From assembly GCA_963708365.1 (NCBI GenBank), contig CAVPSM010000011.1, positions 141,744-205,743 on the forward strand: a stretch of DNA of 64,000 nucleotides, read 5' to 3'. Positions within the stretch are counted from its first letter, which is position 1; every line of letters starts with the position of its first letter. The stretch is from an uncultured Actinomycetes bacterium (lineage in GTDB: Bacteria > Actinomycetota > Thermoleophilia > Gaiellales > JAICJC01). This document shows positions 9,251-18,299 of the stretch, piece by piece. The notes beneath the pieces were generated by a model. The model searched no databases, was not told where the DNA came from, and saw only the letters and a list, made by a program, of their open reading frames with translations. The position numbers and the translations under genes were made by a program.

Positions 9251-9961
9251 CTACGTGTCTTTCGAGCGTTTCTTCCGGGGCGACCACTGGAACGCGCGCT
9301 CGATGGTGCCGGCGACGTGCTCTTCGAGGCGCCGCTCGAAGGCTTCGGAGGCACGGTCGATGCGCGCGTCGAAGTCGCCTTTCTCGGGCTCCGGCTCCGC
9401 GGGCGGCGGATGGGCGTTCGTTCGCAGCGGTGGGAACTCGCCGTCCAGCCCATCCCCGACCAGCTGATGCACGACCTCGGGAGGCTCGATGTCGGGAAGC
9501 GCGGCGGTGCCGAGGCTGCGCGTGTCGGCGCCCGAGATGAGCCGGGCCGACTCGCTCAGCAGTACCTGGCCGCCGTGGCCGGCCGCGCACAGGCGGGCGG
9601 CATGGGAGACGTCCACGCCCGCGTACCCGCCGTCGACCGTCTGCGCCGGCTCGCCGATGTGGACGCCGATCCGCACCCGGACTGCGACGCCGTCCGGCCA
9701 GGGCTCCGCCGCCATCCGCCGCTGCGCCTCGGACGCGGCCCCCACGCCCGCCGAGGCCGACTGGAAGACCGCGAACATCGAGTCGCCCTGACAGTCGACG
9801 ACGATGCCGCCATCCGCCTCGACGACCTCCCGGAGGATGTCGCGATGGCGCGCGAGCAGCGCCGGCCAGGCGTCCCCGAGCGCGCGGGCAAGCCGCGTCG
9901 ACCCCTCCATGTCGGAGAAGAAGAGCGTCAGGGTTGCCGTGGGTCGATCGCCGCCGCTCAT
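9251..9961 (-). CDS. class III adenylate/guanylate cyclase
   Basis: ORF 9251..10030 trimmed to Met24. Motifs present: TLFFSDMEGSTRL, QGDSMFAVF, RIGVHIGEP, GVDVSHAARL. Confidence 0.85.
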   Translation of the reverse strand: MSGGDRPTATLTLFFSDMEGSTRLARALGDAWPALLARHRDILREVVEADGGIVVDCQGDSMFAVFQSASAGVGAASEAQRRMAAEPWPDGVAVRVRIGVHIGEPAQTVDGGYAGVDVSHAARLCAAGHGGQVLLSESARLISGADTRSLGTAALPDIEPPEVVHQLVGDGLDGEFPPLRTNAHPPPAEPEPEKGDFDARIDRASEAFERRLEEHVAGTIERAFQWSPRKKRSKDT

Positions 9962-10011
9962 CGCTACACCCGGCCGCGAGGGTACCAGAGGCGCGGCCGT
10001 ATGCTGCCGCC

Positions 10012-10671
10012 ATGCCGTCGGCCGAGACACTCGCGGTCTTCCTGCTCGTCGCCACCGGGGTGATCGTCGTCCCCGGCCCGAGCAACCTCTACGTGCTCGG
10101 GCGCGGGCTGCAGAGCGGCCCGCGCGCCGCCGTCGCCGGCGCCTGCGGCTGTGCGACCGCGGCGCTCATCTACATCGTTGCGACGGCGGTCGGGCTCTCG
10201 GCGCTGATCGCGTCGTCCGAGGCGCTGTTCGCCGCGATCCACTACGCCGGGGCCGCATATCTGTGCGTCATCGGCGTGATCGCGCTGCGGCGGGGGCACG
10301 ACGGCATCGGGGCGGGCGATGGTCCAGCGACACCCGCGAGCATCTGGCCCGCCTACCGCCAGGGCGTGCTGGTGGAGCTCGGCAACCCCAAGGTGGCCCT
10401 GTTCTTCCTCGCCCTCTTCCCGCAGTTCATCCATCGCGGATCCGGGCCGGCCTGGCTCCAGGTGCTGATCCTGGGGGCCGTCTTCACCGCCATCGGACTG
10501 GCGTCGGACTCCGCCTACGCGGTGGGGTCGGGGCGGCTGCGCGCCCGCCTGCTCGCCCGCGGCCGTCCGCGGCTGCCGTGGCAGCGCCTCACCGGCGTCC
10601 TCTACATCGGGCTCGGACTGTGGGCGGCGTTCGGCGGGGCCGGCCGGCGCGCCCCGGCCGCCTCGCGCTGA
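10012..10671 (+). CDS. LysE-family amino-acid exporter
   Basis: ORF 9934..10671 trimmed to Met27. The N-terminus VVPGPSNLYVLGRGLQSG and the motif NPKVALFFLALFPQF are present. Confidence 0.85.
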   Translation: MPSAETLAVFLLVATGVIVVPGPSNLYVLGRGLQSGPRAAVAGACGCATAALIYIVATAVGLSALIASSEALFAAIHYAGAAYLCVIGVIALRRGHDGIGAGDGPATPASIWPAYRQGVLVELGNPKVALFFLALFPQFIHRGSGPAWLQVLILGAVFTAIGLASDSAYAVGSGRLRARLLARGRPRLPWQRLTGVLYIGLGLWAAFGGAGRRAPAASR

Positions 10672-10672
10672 G

Positions 10673-11521
10673 TCAGCAAGCCGCGGCCGTCAGCGCCGCC
10701 CACCGCCCGGGCGTGAGCCCGTAGGTACGCGTGAAGTGGCGGGTCATGTGGCTCTGGTCGGCGAACCCGGTCTCGGCCGCGACGCCGGCCAGCGGCTCGC
10801 CGGCGGCTATCGCGTCGCGGGCGACCGCCAGCCGGCGCATACGCCGGTAGCGGTCCGGGCTCGTGCCGAACGCCCTTCGGAACTGGCGGGCGACCGTCCA
10901 GCGGTCCATGCCGGCGATCCGCTCGAGATCGGCGGCGCGGGTCTCCTCGGTCGGGTGGGCGGCCAGGTGCTCGCGCACCGCCGTGACCGCGGCCGCATCG
11001 ATCGGGCCGCCGGGGACAGCCCCGCCCCCGGCCGCCTCCAGCGCGTCCGCGACCGCCGTCGCCGCCGCGGCGGCCGCGAGCTCGTCGAGCGGCTCGTCGA
11101 TGTCGGCCAGCAGCCCGACCAACCCGACGGTGGCCGGTGACCGGTCGACGACGGGCTCGGCCGCGAACGGCAGCGGCCGGCCGCCGAGCGCCGCCTGGAC
11201 GACGGCCGGCTCCACGTAGGCGATCCGATATGCGAACCCGTCCGGCGTCGCCGGCCCGCCGTCGTGCAGCTCGTCCGGATGCAGGAGGTGGAGCTGGCCG
11301 GGGAGGCAGATGCGGCGTGCGCCGCGGTATCGGAACTGCTGGACGCCCGACGTCGTGATCCCGAGCGCGTAGGTGTCGTGGCGGTGCAGCGAGAAGGCAC
11401 GGCCGCCGAAGCGAGCCTCGACGCGCTCGATGCCGGGCGCGCCTGCGCCGGCGCGGACGGCGTCGCGCTCGCACGATCGTTCAAGACGGCCCGTGTCGGC
11501 CCCGCGTAGCGTCTCGGTCAC
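10673..11521 (-). CDS. AraC-family transcriptional regulator (cupin-like N-terminus plus HTH)
   Basis: C-terminal AraC HTH: GVAAETGFADQSHMTRHFTRTYGLTPGRW. The gene is divergent from the LysE gene at 11543. Confidence 0.85.
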   Translation of the reverse strand: MTETLRGADTGRLERSCERDAVRAGAGAPGIERVEARFGGRAFSLHRHDTYALGITTSGVQQFRYRGARRICLPGQLHLLHPDELHDGGPATPDGFAYRIAYVEPAVVQAALGGRPLPFAAEPVVDRSPATVGLVGLLADIDEPLDELAAAAAATAVADALEAAGGGAVPGGPIDAAAVTAVREHLAAHPTEETRAADLERIAGMDRWTVARQFRRAFGTSPDRYRRMRRLAVARDAIAAGEPLAGVAAETGFADQSHMTRHFTRTYGLTPGRWAALTAAAC

Positions 11522-11542
11522 CGTCCCAGTCTAAAGACGCCC

Positions 11543-12166
11543 ATGACCACCGCACTGCTCGCGACCTCCATCCGCTGGTCGGCGCTCCCCGCGCTCCTGC
11601 TCACCTCGCTCGCCATCATGGGCAGCCCCGGCCCGGCGACGATCAGCCTGACGGCGACGGGGGTCGCGTTCGGCGTGCGCCGATCGGCCCGCTACCTGGC
11701 CGGGATCATCGCGGGCACGATCGTCGTGCTCGTGATGGTCGCCGCCGGGCTGACCGGCGCGCTGCTCGCGCTGCAGGCCGTCCGGCCTGCGTTCATCGTC
11801 GTGGCGGCCGTGTACATCCTGTACCTCGCCTACCACATCGCCACGGCGCCGCCGCTGGGGGCGGCGGACCCCGACGCGCCCGCCCCGTCGCTCGTCGGCG
11901 GGCTCATCCTCGGCGTGGCCAACCCCAAGGCCTGGGTGGCGATCGCCGCGGTGTTCGTGAGCGCCCGGATCGCAGCGCACACCGTCGTCGACTCGGGGAT
12001 CAAGGTGGTCGCCCTCGCCGCCATGGTGGTCGTGATCAACGCAACCTGGCTCGTCGCCGCCGCCTGGGTCGCGCCGGCCCTGCGCGACCCGGTCCGCTCA
12101 CGGCGGGCCAACGTCGGCCTTGCGGCCGCGCTGGTCGTCTCGACGGCGGCGGCGATCGCACACTGA
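11543..12166 (+). CDS. LysE-family translocator
   Basis: ORF-track 207 aa. Motifs GSPGPATISL and NPKAWVAIAAVF are present, with multiple TM segments. Confidence 0.85.
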   Translation: MTTALLATSIRWSALPALLLTSLAIMGSPGPATISLTATGVAFGVRRSARYLAGIIAGTIVVLVMVAAGLTGALLALQAVRPAFIVVAAVYILYLAYHIATAPPLGAADPDAPAPSLVGGLILGVANPKAWVAIAAVFVSARIAAHTVVDSGIKVVALAAMVVVINATWLVAAAWVAPALRDPVRSRRANVGLAAALVVSTAAAIAH

Positions 12167-12215
12167 CGCGGCGCTGGCACTCGTGCGAATCGTTGCGATA
12201 GTGTCCGCACGCGCA

Positions 12216-12617
12216 ATGACCGTGCACGCCGAAGGCCCCCTGCTCGAGAAGCTCCACGAGGACGACCGCACCGCGGTCGCGGCGGCGCTGCGGCGGCGGT
12301 CATACCCGCCGGGCAGCGCGATCGTCACCCAGGGCGACATGGGGACCGACTTCTTCGTCATCCTGCAGGGCACGGTCGTCGTCCTGCGCGACGGCGAGCC
12401 GGTCGCCGAGCTCGGCCCGGGAGCGTTCTTCGGCGAGCTGGGGGCGATGGATCCCGGCCCCGGCTATGCGCTCGCGCGAAACGCGACGGTGCGCGCGAAG
12501 ACATCGGTCGACGCCGGCGTCGTCGACGAGGCCGGGTTCGCCGAGCTTCTGCGCACTCGCCCGGCGTTCCGCGACGCGATCTACGCGGCGTCTGCCGAGC
12601 GCGAGCGCCGTCCGTAG
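12216..12617 (+). CDS. cyclic-nucleotide-binding-domain protein
   Basis: ORF 12120..12617 trimmed to Met33. The cNMP signature GAFFGELGAM...RNATVRA is present. Confidence 0.75.
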   Translation: MTVHAEGPLLEKLHEDDRTAVAAALRRRSYPPGSAIVTQGDMGTDFFVILQGTVVVLRDGEPVAELGPGAFFGELGAMDPGPGYALARNATVRAKTSVDAGVVDEAGFAELLRTRPAFRDAIYAASAERERRP

Positions 12618-13496
12618 ATGGCGGACGCGCGCACCGGTCACCTGCAGACGGCGGACGGCCGTCGCCTGACCTACCGTGACAGCGGCGACCCGGGAGCGCT
12701 GCCCGTCTTCAGCCACCACGGCACGCCGGGATCCCGCCTCGACCGCCACCCCGAAGAGGACGCGATGATCTCCGAGCTCGGACTGCGGCTGATCACGTAC
12801 GACCGGCCCGGGTACGGCGAGTCCGACCCGCACCCGGGCAGGCGCGTCGTCGACGCCGCGGCCGACGTCGCCGCGGTCGCCGACCACCTCGGTGTCGAGC
12901 GGTTCGCAGTCGTGGGCACCTCGGGCGGCGGCCCGCACGCCCTCGCCTGCTCGGCCCGCCTCACCGACCGCATCTTGCGTGTCGGCGTGGTGGTCGGCGT
13001 CGGCCCCTCGGACGACCCGGACTTCGACTTCTTCACCGGCATGGATCAGCTCAACCTGGACGAGTTCGCCGCGGCCCGCGAGTCCGAGGAGGCCCTGGCC
13101 GCCTACCTGCAGCCGTTCGTCGACCAGGTGCGGAGCGACCCGGACGCCCTGCTCGACGAGCTCGCCGAGCACCTGCCGCCGTCCGACCAGGAGGTGTTCC
13201 GCCGCCCGGCGCAGCGTGCCCTCGCCCGGGTGTCGCTGCTCGAATCGGTGCGCCAGGGGTCACGCGGCTGGGCCGACGACGATCGCGCGTTTGCGACCGG
13301 CTGGGGCTTCCCGCTCTCCGAGGCGACCTGCGAGACGCGGCTCTGGCAGGGCGAGATGGACGTGCTGGTGCCGCGGGCGCACTGCGCCTACATGGGTGCC
13401 CGGCTCCCGAACGCGCGCTTCGAGCTCATCCCGGGCGCGGGCCATGCGCTCAGCGACCACTGGCGCGACATCCTGGCCTGGCTGGCCGGGCGCTGA
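12618..13496 (+). CDS. alpha/beta hydrolase
   Basis: The nucleophile elbow is VVGTSGGGPHA. The start abuts the previous stop (TAGATG). Confidence 0.85.
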   Translation: MADARTGHLQTADGRRLTYRDSGDPGALPVFSHHGTPGSRLDRHPEEDAMISELGLRLITYDRPGYGESDPHPGRRVVDAAADVAAVADHLGVERFAVVGTSGGGPHALACSARLTDRILRVGVVVGVGPSDDPDFDFFTGMDQLNLDEFAAARESEEALAAYLQPFVDQVRSDPDALLDELAEHLPPSDQEVFRRPAQRALARVSLLESVRQGSRGWADDDRAFATGWGFPLSEATCETRLWQGEMDVLVPRAHCAYMGARLPNARFELIPGAGHALSDHWRDILAWLAGR

Positions 13497-13499
13497 CGG

Positions 13500-14807
13500 T
13501 CAGTCGAGCGGCCCGCGCAGATACAGGTGCGCGAGGCCGTTCACCGGCATGACGAGGTTCGTCGAGGGCGACACGAACGCGACCCAGCGCGCGCCCGGCG
13601 TCATCGCCACGCCGATGTCCCCCGCGTTGCCGACGCCGTGGTTGGCCTGGCCTCCCGCATGGGTCACGTCGACGCGGATGGTCCGGCCCGTCGCGCGGTC
13701 GCGCAGGAACAGATCGGCAGCGCGGTTGGTGTCGCCAGCGACGATGTTCGTCGCCCACGACTCGAACAGGCGGAAGCGCCCGCCCGCAGAGATCCCGAGC
13801 GCGAACGAGTCGCCGTTCGTCTGACCGTGCATGCCGACGTCGATACGCCGCGTCGTGCCCCTGCGGCGGTCGCGGACGAAGACGTCCGCATGCCGATTGG
13901 TATCGCCGGGGACCAGGTTCGTCGCCGCCGAGGTGAAGAAGACGTACCGCCCGCCGGGCGACATCGCCCCTCCGAGGCTGTTGCCGTTGCCGGCCACGCC
14001 GGAGCCGGTCTTGCTCACGAGCGTGGTCGTGTGCCGCGCGATGTTGCGCACGTAGACCTGGAACACGCCCGGGTGGGCCGGATCCGACGGGCCGGCGTCG
14101 AGCGAGAACGCGACCAGGTTGGCGTTGCTCGACATGCCGTCGAACTGGAGGTTCTTGAGGTCGCTGCCGAGGCCGCAGCAGCTGACGACGACGGCCGTGT
14201 TCGTGTGCAGGTCGATCCGCTCGAGCGGCGTGACGAGGCCCGCGGCGACGAGATAGCGGCCATGCTCGGAGAACGCCAGGATGCCCGGGTTCGGAATCCG
14301 TTTCACGACCCGCGTCGTGTTGTGCAGGCGGTCGCGGATGAAGAGGCAGTCCGGTGCCTGGCCGGGCGTGCAGCCGCTTCCGGGCACCAGGTTGGACGAG
14401 TCGGACTCGAACGCCACGAAGCGCCCGTCACCCGACATCGCGAGCGGGCCGAAGCTGTCGCCGTTCGCCTGGACGCCGCCGGGGCCGAGATCGACCCGCG
14501 CGGTCTTGCCAGTCCGCAGGTTGCGGACGAACACGTCGCGCATGCCGTTCGTGTCGCCCGGAACGAGGTTCGAGGCGGACGAGGCGAACGCGATCAGATT
14601 GCCGTTCTGGGCCAGCGCGATCCCGTCCTCGTCGACGGCGGTGTTGCCGAGCACGCCGGCGCTCGAGACGTCCACGCGCGTCGTGTGCGCGGGCGCCGCA
14701 GCGGCGGTCGCCACCATCGGTCCGATGGTGGAAAGGAGCACTGCGACCCATCCCGCTGCTCGTCCGACGCGCATCTGCCGCCTCCTCGCCGCGAACGAGG
14801 ATAGCAA
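13500..14807 (-). CDS. secreted TolB/PD40-like beta-propeller repeat protein
   Basis: It has a signal peptide. At least 6 repeats of the type S..NLVPGDTN...DVFVR(D/N) are present, for example SNLVPGDTNGMRDVFVRNL, ATNLVPGDTNRHADVFVRDR and ATNIVAGDTNRAADLFLRDR. Confidence 0.8.
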   Translation of the reverse strand: MLSSFAARRRQMRVGRAAGWVAVLLSTIGPMVATAAAAPAHTTRVDVSSAGVLGNTAVDEDGIALAQNGNLIAFASSASNLVPGDTNGMRDVFVRNLRTGKTARVDLGPGGVQANGDSFGPLAMSGDGRFVAFESDSSNLVPGSGCTPGQAPDCLFIRDRLHNTTRVVKRIPNPGILAFSEHGRYLVAAGLVTPLERIDLHTNTAVVVSCCGLGSDLKNLQFDGMSSNANLVAFSLDAGPSDPAHPGVFQVYVRNIARHTTTLVSKTGSGVAGNGNSLGGAMSPGGRYVFFTSAATNLVPGDTNRHADVFVRDRRRGTTRRIDVGMHGQTNGDSFALGISAGGRFRLFESWATNIVAGDTNRAADLFLRDRATGRTIRVDVTHAGGQANHGVGNAGDIGVAMTPGARWVAFVSPSTNLVMPVNGLAHLYLRGPLD

Positions 14808-14836
14808 CGGCCGGGCGCCGTTTTGCTAAGCGTGTG

Positions 14837-15124
14837 TTACGCCGCGCGCGGGCCCTCGTCGAGCCGGTAGGCCCACCAGAGGACTGTCAGCTGCATGAGC
14901 GCGCCGATGGCGTCGCAGACGATCAGTGGCATGTTGCCGAGCGAGAGGCCGTACATGAACCAGATCATGTAGCCGCCGGCGCCGATCATGATGTAGCTGC
15001 GCGAGAGGCTGTCCGACGATCCGGCGCGGCGCATGCGGACGATCTGGAGCATCGGAGAGAGCGAGGAGATGACGCCGTAGACGGCGGCGATGAGGGCGAG
15101 CTGGTTCGTGAAGCTGGTGAGCAT
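14837..15124 (-). CDS. SemiSWEET / PQ-loop small transporter (95 aa)
   Basis: ORF 14837..15361 trimmed to Met80. It has three TM segments and a PQ-like motif (SLSPMLQIVRMRR). The start is uncertain. Confidence 0.6.
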   Translation of the reverse strand: MLTSFTNQLALIAAVYGVISSLSPMLQIVRMRRAGSSDSLSRSYIMIGAGGYMIWFMYGLSLGNMPLIVCDAIGALMQLTVLWWAYRLDEGPRAA

Positions 15125-15314
15125 GGTTCCGGTCGTTTCGCGTTCGGGGGGCGGTGTTCTCTCCACGAACATCGGCATTCGACCGGACGTTTCACAGGTC
15201 GTCGGAGCGCTCACAACACAAACGCAATACTTCAGACGGTATTCGGTCAATCTGTTCCGCGAGGACAACGCCGGGGGCGCCGGCGGACGATGCCGGCGCC
15301 CCCGGGTCGGCCGC

Positions 15315-16805
15315 TCAGGCGGCGACGCCCTCGTGCACCGGGTACGCCACCGGGACGTCATCGTCCTCGGCTTCGAGCGCCGCGTCCTCGTCGACCGCGG
15401 TGGCAGGCAGCGCCAGGCAGAGGCCGGCCGCGACCAGGAACACGGCCACGAGGTAGGGAGTGACGCCCAGGTAGGCCGCCTTGAACGAGCCGCCGGCGAG
15501 GTCGCCGAAGAAGATCGTCCCCATCACCGCGACGCCGATCGCGCCGCCGATCTGCTGGGCGGTGCCGAACAGCCCCGACGCGCCGCCGGCGGCGTGCGCC
15601 GGCACGGCGGCGAGGACGACGTTCACGAGCGGGATGACGAGCAGGGCCAGTCCGACGCCCGCGACCAGCAGGCCGGGGACGAGCGGCCACGGCCCGTCGC
15701 CCGTGCCGACGTGGTGGGCGCCGACCGCGATCCCGGCCGTGCCCGCCGCCATCAGAAGCGCCCCGGCCATGAGCACGAGCCGACCCCGGCGCTGCGCGAG
15801 CGGGATCGCGAACGGGGCGGCGATGAAGCTGCCGACGCTGAACGCGACCATCGTCAGGCCGGCCCGGAGCGGCGAGTAGCCCTGGCCGATCTGCAACCAC
15901 AGGGCGAACACGAGCGCGAAGCCCTGCATGCCGATCGAGAACGCCAGCTGCACGATCAGCCCCGCCGTGAAGGCGGGCCTGCGCAGGAGCTGCGGCCGCA
16001 GCAGCGGAGCCACCCGTGGCCGCGGCAGGCGCGCTTCCGCGAGCGCCAGGCCGACGAGCGCGACGAGGCCCGCCGCGAGCATCGCCCAGCCCCACGCCGG
16101 CCAGCCCAGCCTCCGGCCTTCGAGGATCGGGAAGACGATCGCGACGATCGCGGCGGTGAGGACAGCCGCGCCGGCCAGGTCGGGCCTGCGGTGCGAGCGC
16201 GCCCGCGTCTCCGGGACGACGATCGCGGCGGCGATCAGCGACCCGACGACGATCGGGATGTTGACGAGGAACACGGCGCGCCACCCCCAGCCGAAGAGGT
16301 TCGCCTGGGTGAGCACGCCTCCGAGGATGAGCCCGATCGCCGAGGCGAAGCCGAGCGTCGCGCCGTAGATGCCGAACGCTGCGCCGCGCTCCTTGCCGGC
16401 GAACATCGTCCGGAGGGTGGCGAGCACCTGGGGCGACATGGTCGCCGCAGCCGCGCCCTGGACGACCCGCGCGGCGATCAGCTCGTTGGCGGTCTGGGCG
16501 ACGCCGGCACCCAGGCTGGCGAGACCGAAGACCGCGGTGCCGAGTAGGAACAGGCGCTTGCGCCCGAGCAGGTCGCCGAGGCTCCCGGCGGTGATCAGGA
16601 CCGCCGCGAAGGCGAGCATGTACGCCGAGACGATCCACTCCAGCTGGGCGCCGGTCGCGCCGAGATCGCGGCGGATCGTGGGCAGGGCGACGTTCACGAT
16701 CGTGCCGTCGATCAGGTCGACGGTCGAGGCCACGATCATCACGGCGGCCGCGATCCATCGCCGCTGATACGTGGTGCTGGGAGGGTGAGATGGTGCGCGT
16801 TGCAT
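15315..16805 (-). CDS. MFS transporter, DHA2 (EmrB/QacA)-type
   Basis: ORF 15315..17084 trimmed to Met94. Motifs VNVALPTIRRDLG and LGDLLGRKRLFLLG are present, with about 14 hydrophobic segments. Confidence 0.9.
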   Translation of the reverse strand: MQRAPSHPPSTTYQRRWIAAAVMIVASTVDLIDGTIVNVALPTIRRDLGATGAQLEWIVSAYMLAFAAVLITAGSLGDLLGRKRLFLLGTAVFGLASLGAGVAQTANELIAARVVQGAAAATMSPQVLATLRTMFAGKERGAAFGIYGATLGFASAIGLILGGVLTQANLFGWGWRAVFLVNIPIVVGSLIAAAIVVPETRARSHRRPDLAGAAVLTAAIVAIVFPILEGRRLGWPAWGWAMLAAGLVALVGLALAEARLPRPRVAPLLRPQLLRRPAFTAGLIVQLAFSIGMQGFALVFALWLQIGQGYSPLRAGLTMVAFSVGSFIAAPFAIPLAQRRGRLVLMAGALLMAAGTAGIAVGAHHVGTGDGPWPLVPGLLVAGVGLALLVIPLVNVVLAAVPAHAAGGASGLFGTAQQIGGAIGVAVMGTIFFGDLAGGSFKAAYLGVTPYLVAVFLVAAGLCLALPATAVDEDAALEAEDDDVPVAYPVHEGVAA

Positions 16806-16836
16806 GGGACTTCTCCAGTCTGAGGAGTCGTTATTC

Positions 16837-16885
16837 ATACACTGTTCTATCATGGTACATCGTTCTATACAAACACTGTTCGAAT
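16837..16885. promoter_or_regulatory. three direct repeats in the AT-rich divergent MFS/TetR intergenic region (candidate operator)
   Basis: ATACACTGTTCTAT (16837), GTACATCGTTCTAT (16855) and AAACACTGTTCGAAT (16872), spaced about 17-18 bp apart. TTGACA lies on the minus strand at 16896-16901. Confidence 0.4.
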
Positions 16886-16905
16886 ACTGGTAGGCTGTCA
16901 ACCGC

Positions 16906-17634
16906 ATGAGTGACGAACCGTCCATCCCGCCCCCGCCCTGGCAGCGGCTGCCGCCCGACCGCGGCCGGCGACGGCGACGCGACCCGATCACGCGCGAGGC
17001 GATCGTGCAGAAGGCGCTCGAGCTGCTCGACCGCGACGGCCTCGACGCGCTCAGCATGCGCCGCGTCGCCGACGAGCTCGGCACGGGAGCGGCGTCGCTC
17101 TACTGGCACGTCGGCAGCAAGGACGGCCTGCTCGACCTCGTCCTCGACGAGGTCATCGGCGAGCAGCATGTGCCCGACCCCGAGCCCGATCGGTGGGCGG
17201 AGCAGCTCAAGGAGGTCGCCTACGACCTGCGCCGGACCATCCTGCGCCACCGCGACGTCGTCCGCCTCTCGATCGGGCGCATCCCAATGGGGCCGAACGC
17301 CCTGGGCTTCAGCGAGCGCATGCTCGCCGTCCTGCGCGAGGGCGGCGTGCCCGACGAGCTCGCCGTGCTCGGGCACCACCTGATGTTCTCGATCGTGAAC
17401 GGCTTCACGATGGACGAGACGGGCGAGCCGGCCGAGGATCTCTCCGGGCTGAGCATGGCCGAGGGTGCGAAGATGGCGCGCGACTACATCGCAGCCCTCC
17501 CCACCGATCGCTTCCCGAACATGGTCGCCGTCGCCGACTATTACGCCATCTCCGATGCCGATCGCCGGTTCTCGCTCCTGATCGACCTCTACGTCGACGG
17601 GCTGGCCGCGCGGGTGCGGGCCGCGACCGGATGA
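16906..17634 (+). CDS. TetR/AcrR-family transcriptional regulator
   Basis: N-terminal HTH: ITREAIVQKALELLDRDGLDALSMRRVADELGTGAASLYWHV. The stop overlaps the next ATG (ATGA at 17631-17634). Confidence 0.9.
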   Translation: MSDEPSIPPPPWQRLPPDRGRRRRRDPITREAIVQKALELLDRDGLDALSMRRVADELGTGAASLYWHVGSKDGLLDLVLDEVIGEQHVPDPEPDRWAEQLKEVAYDLRRTILRHRDVVRLSIGRIPMGPNALGFSERMLAVLREGGVPDELAVLGHHLMFSIVNGFTMDETGEPAEDLSGLSMAEGAKMARDYIAALPTDRFPNMVAVADYYAISDADRRFSLLIDLYVDGLAARVRAATG

Positions 17635-18299
17635 GGCTGCTGCCCTCCGAGCAGGAGCGCCTGAGCCTCTTCCTCGCCGCTGAGCTGGCCCGCCGCCGGC
17701 GCGGCCGCGGGCTACGGCTGAGCCAGGCCGAGGCGACTGCGCTGATCGCCGACGAGACGATGGAGCTCGCCCGCGACGGGCTCGCCTACGCGCAGGTCGA
17801 GCGGCGCGCCTACGGGCTGCTCGGCCCCGGCGACGTGCTCGACGGCGTGGCGGAACTGGTCGACCGCATCGAGCTCGAGCCGGTGTTCGCGGACGGCCCC
17901 CGGCTGGTCGTTCTCGTCGACCCCGTCGCCCGCGACCGCCCGCCCGACCTGACCGGCGATCCCGAGCCGGTCTGGCTCGCCGCCGATGCCGCCCTCCGGG
18001 TCGAGAACGCCGGTCCAGTCGCCATCGCCGTGACGTCGCACTTCCACTTCTTCGAGACGAACCGCGAGCTGCGCTTCGATCGCCGCGCAGCATGGGGCAT
18101 GCGCCTGGCCGTCGCGCCCGGAACGAAGGTCGTGTTCCCGCCGGGCGAGACGCGCGAGGTGCGGCTGGTGCCGTTCGGCGGGGCGCGGGTGATCCGCGGC
18201 CACGGCGGCCTCGTCGACGGTCCGCTGGATGCGCCCGGGGCCCTCGACGCCGCGCTCGACCTGGCCCGCGAGCGGGGGTATGCGGATGCCGGCGCCTGA
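17631..18299 (+). CDS. ureAB: urease gamma/beta fused subunit
   Basis: The gamma part reads MRLLPSEQERLSLFLAAELARRRRGRGLRLSQAEATALI. The beta part reads AIAVTSHFHFFETNRELRFDRRAAWGMRLAVAPGT. Confidence 0.85.
   Translation: MRLLPSEQERLSLFLAAELARRRRGRGLRLSQAEATALIADETMELARDGLAYAQVERRAYGLLGPGDVLDGVAELVDRIELEPVFADGPRLVVLVDPVARDRPPDLTGDPEPVWLAADAALRVENAGPVAIAVTSHFHFFETNRELRFDRRAAWGMRLAVAPGTKVVFPPGETREVRLVPFGGARVIRGHGGLVDGPLDAPGALDAALDLARERGYADAGA

Noticed and set aside
9251-12617. Adenylate cyclase plus cNMP-binding protein considered as a dedicated novel signalling module
   Set aside because: The two genes are separated by an unrelated LysE/AraC/LysE unit and are not in one operon. Both families are abundant in actinobacteria.
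13500-14807. Repeat-rich secreted propeller considered as a toxin or adhesin system
   Set aside because: It has ordinary PD40/TolB-like blade repeats with no associated secretion, immunity or toxin-domain genes.
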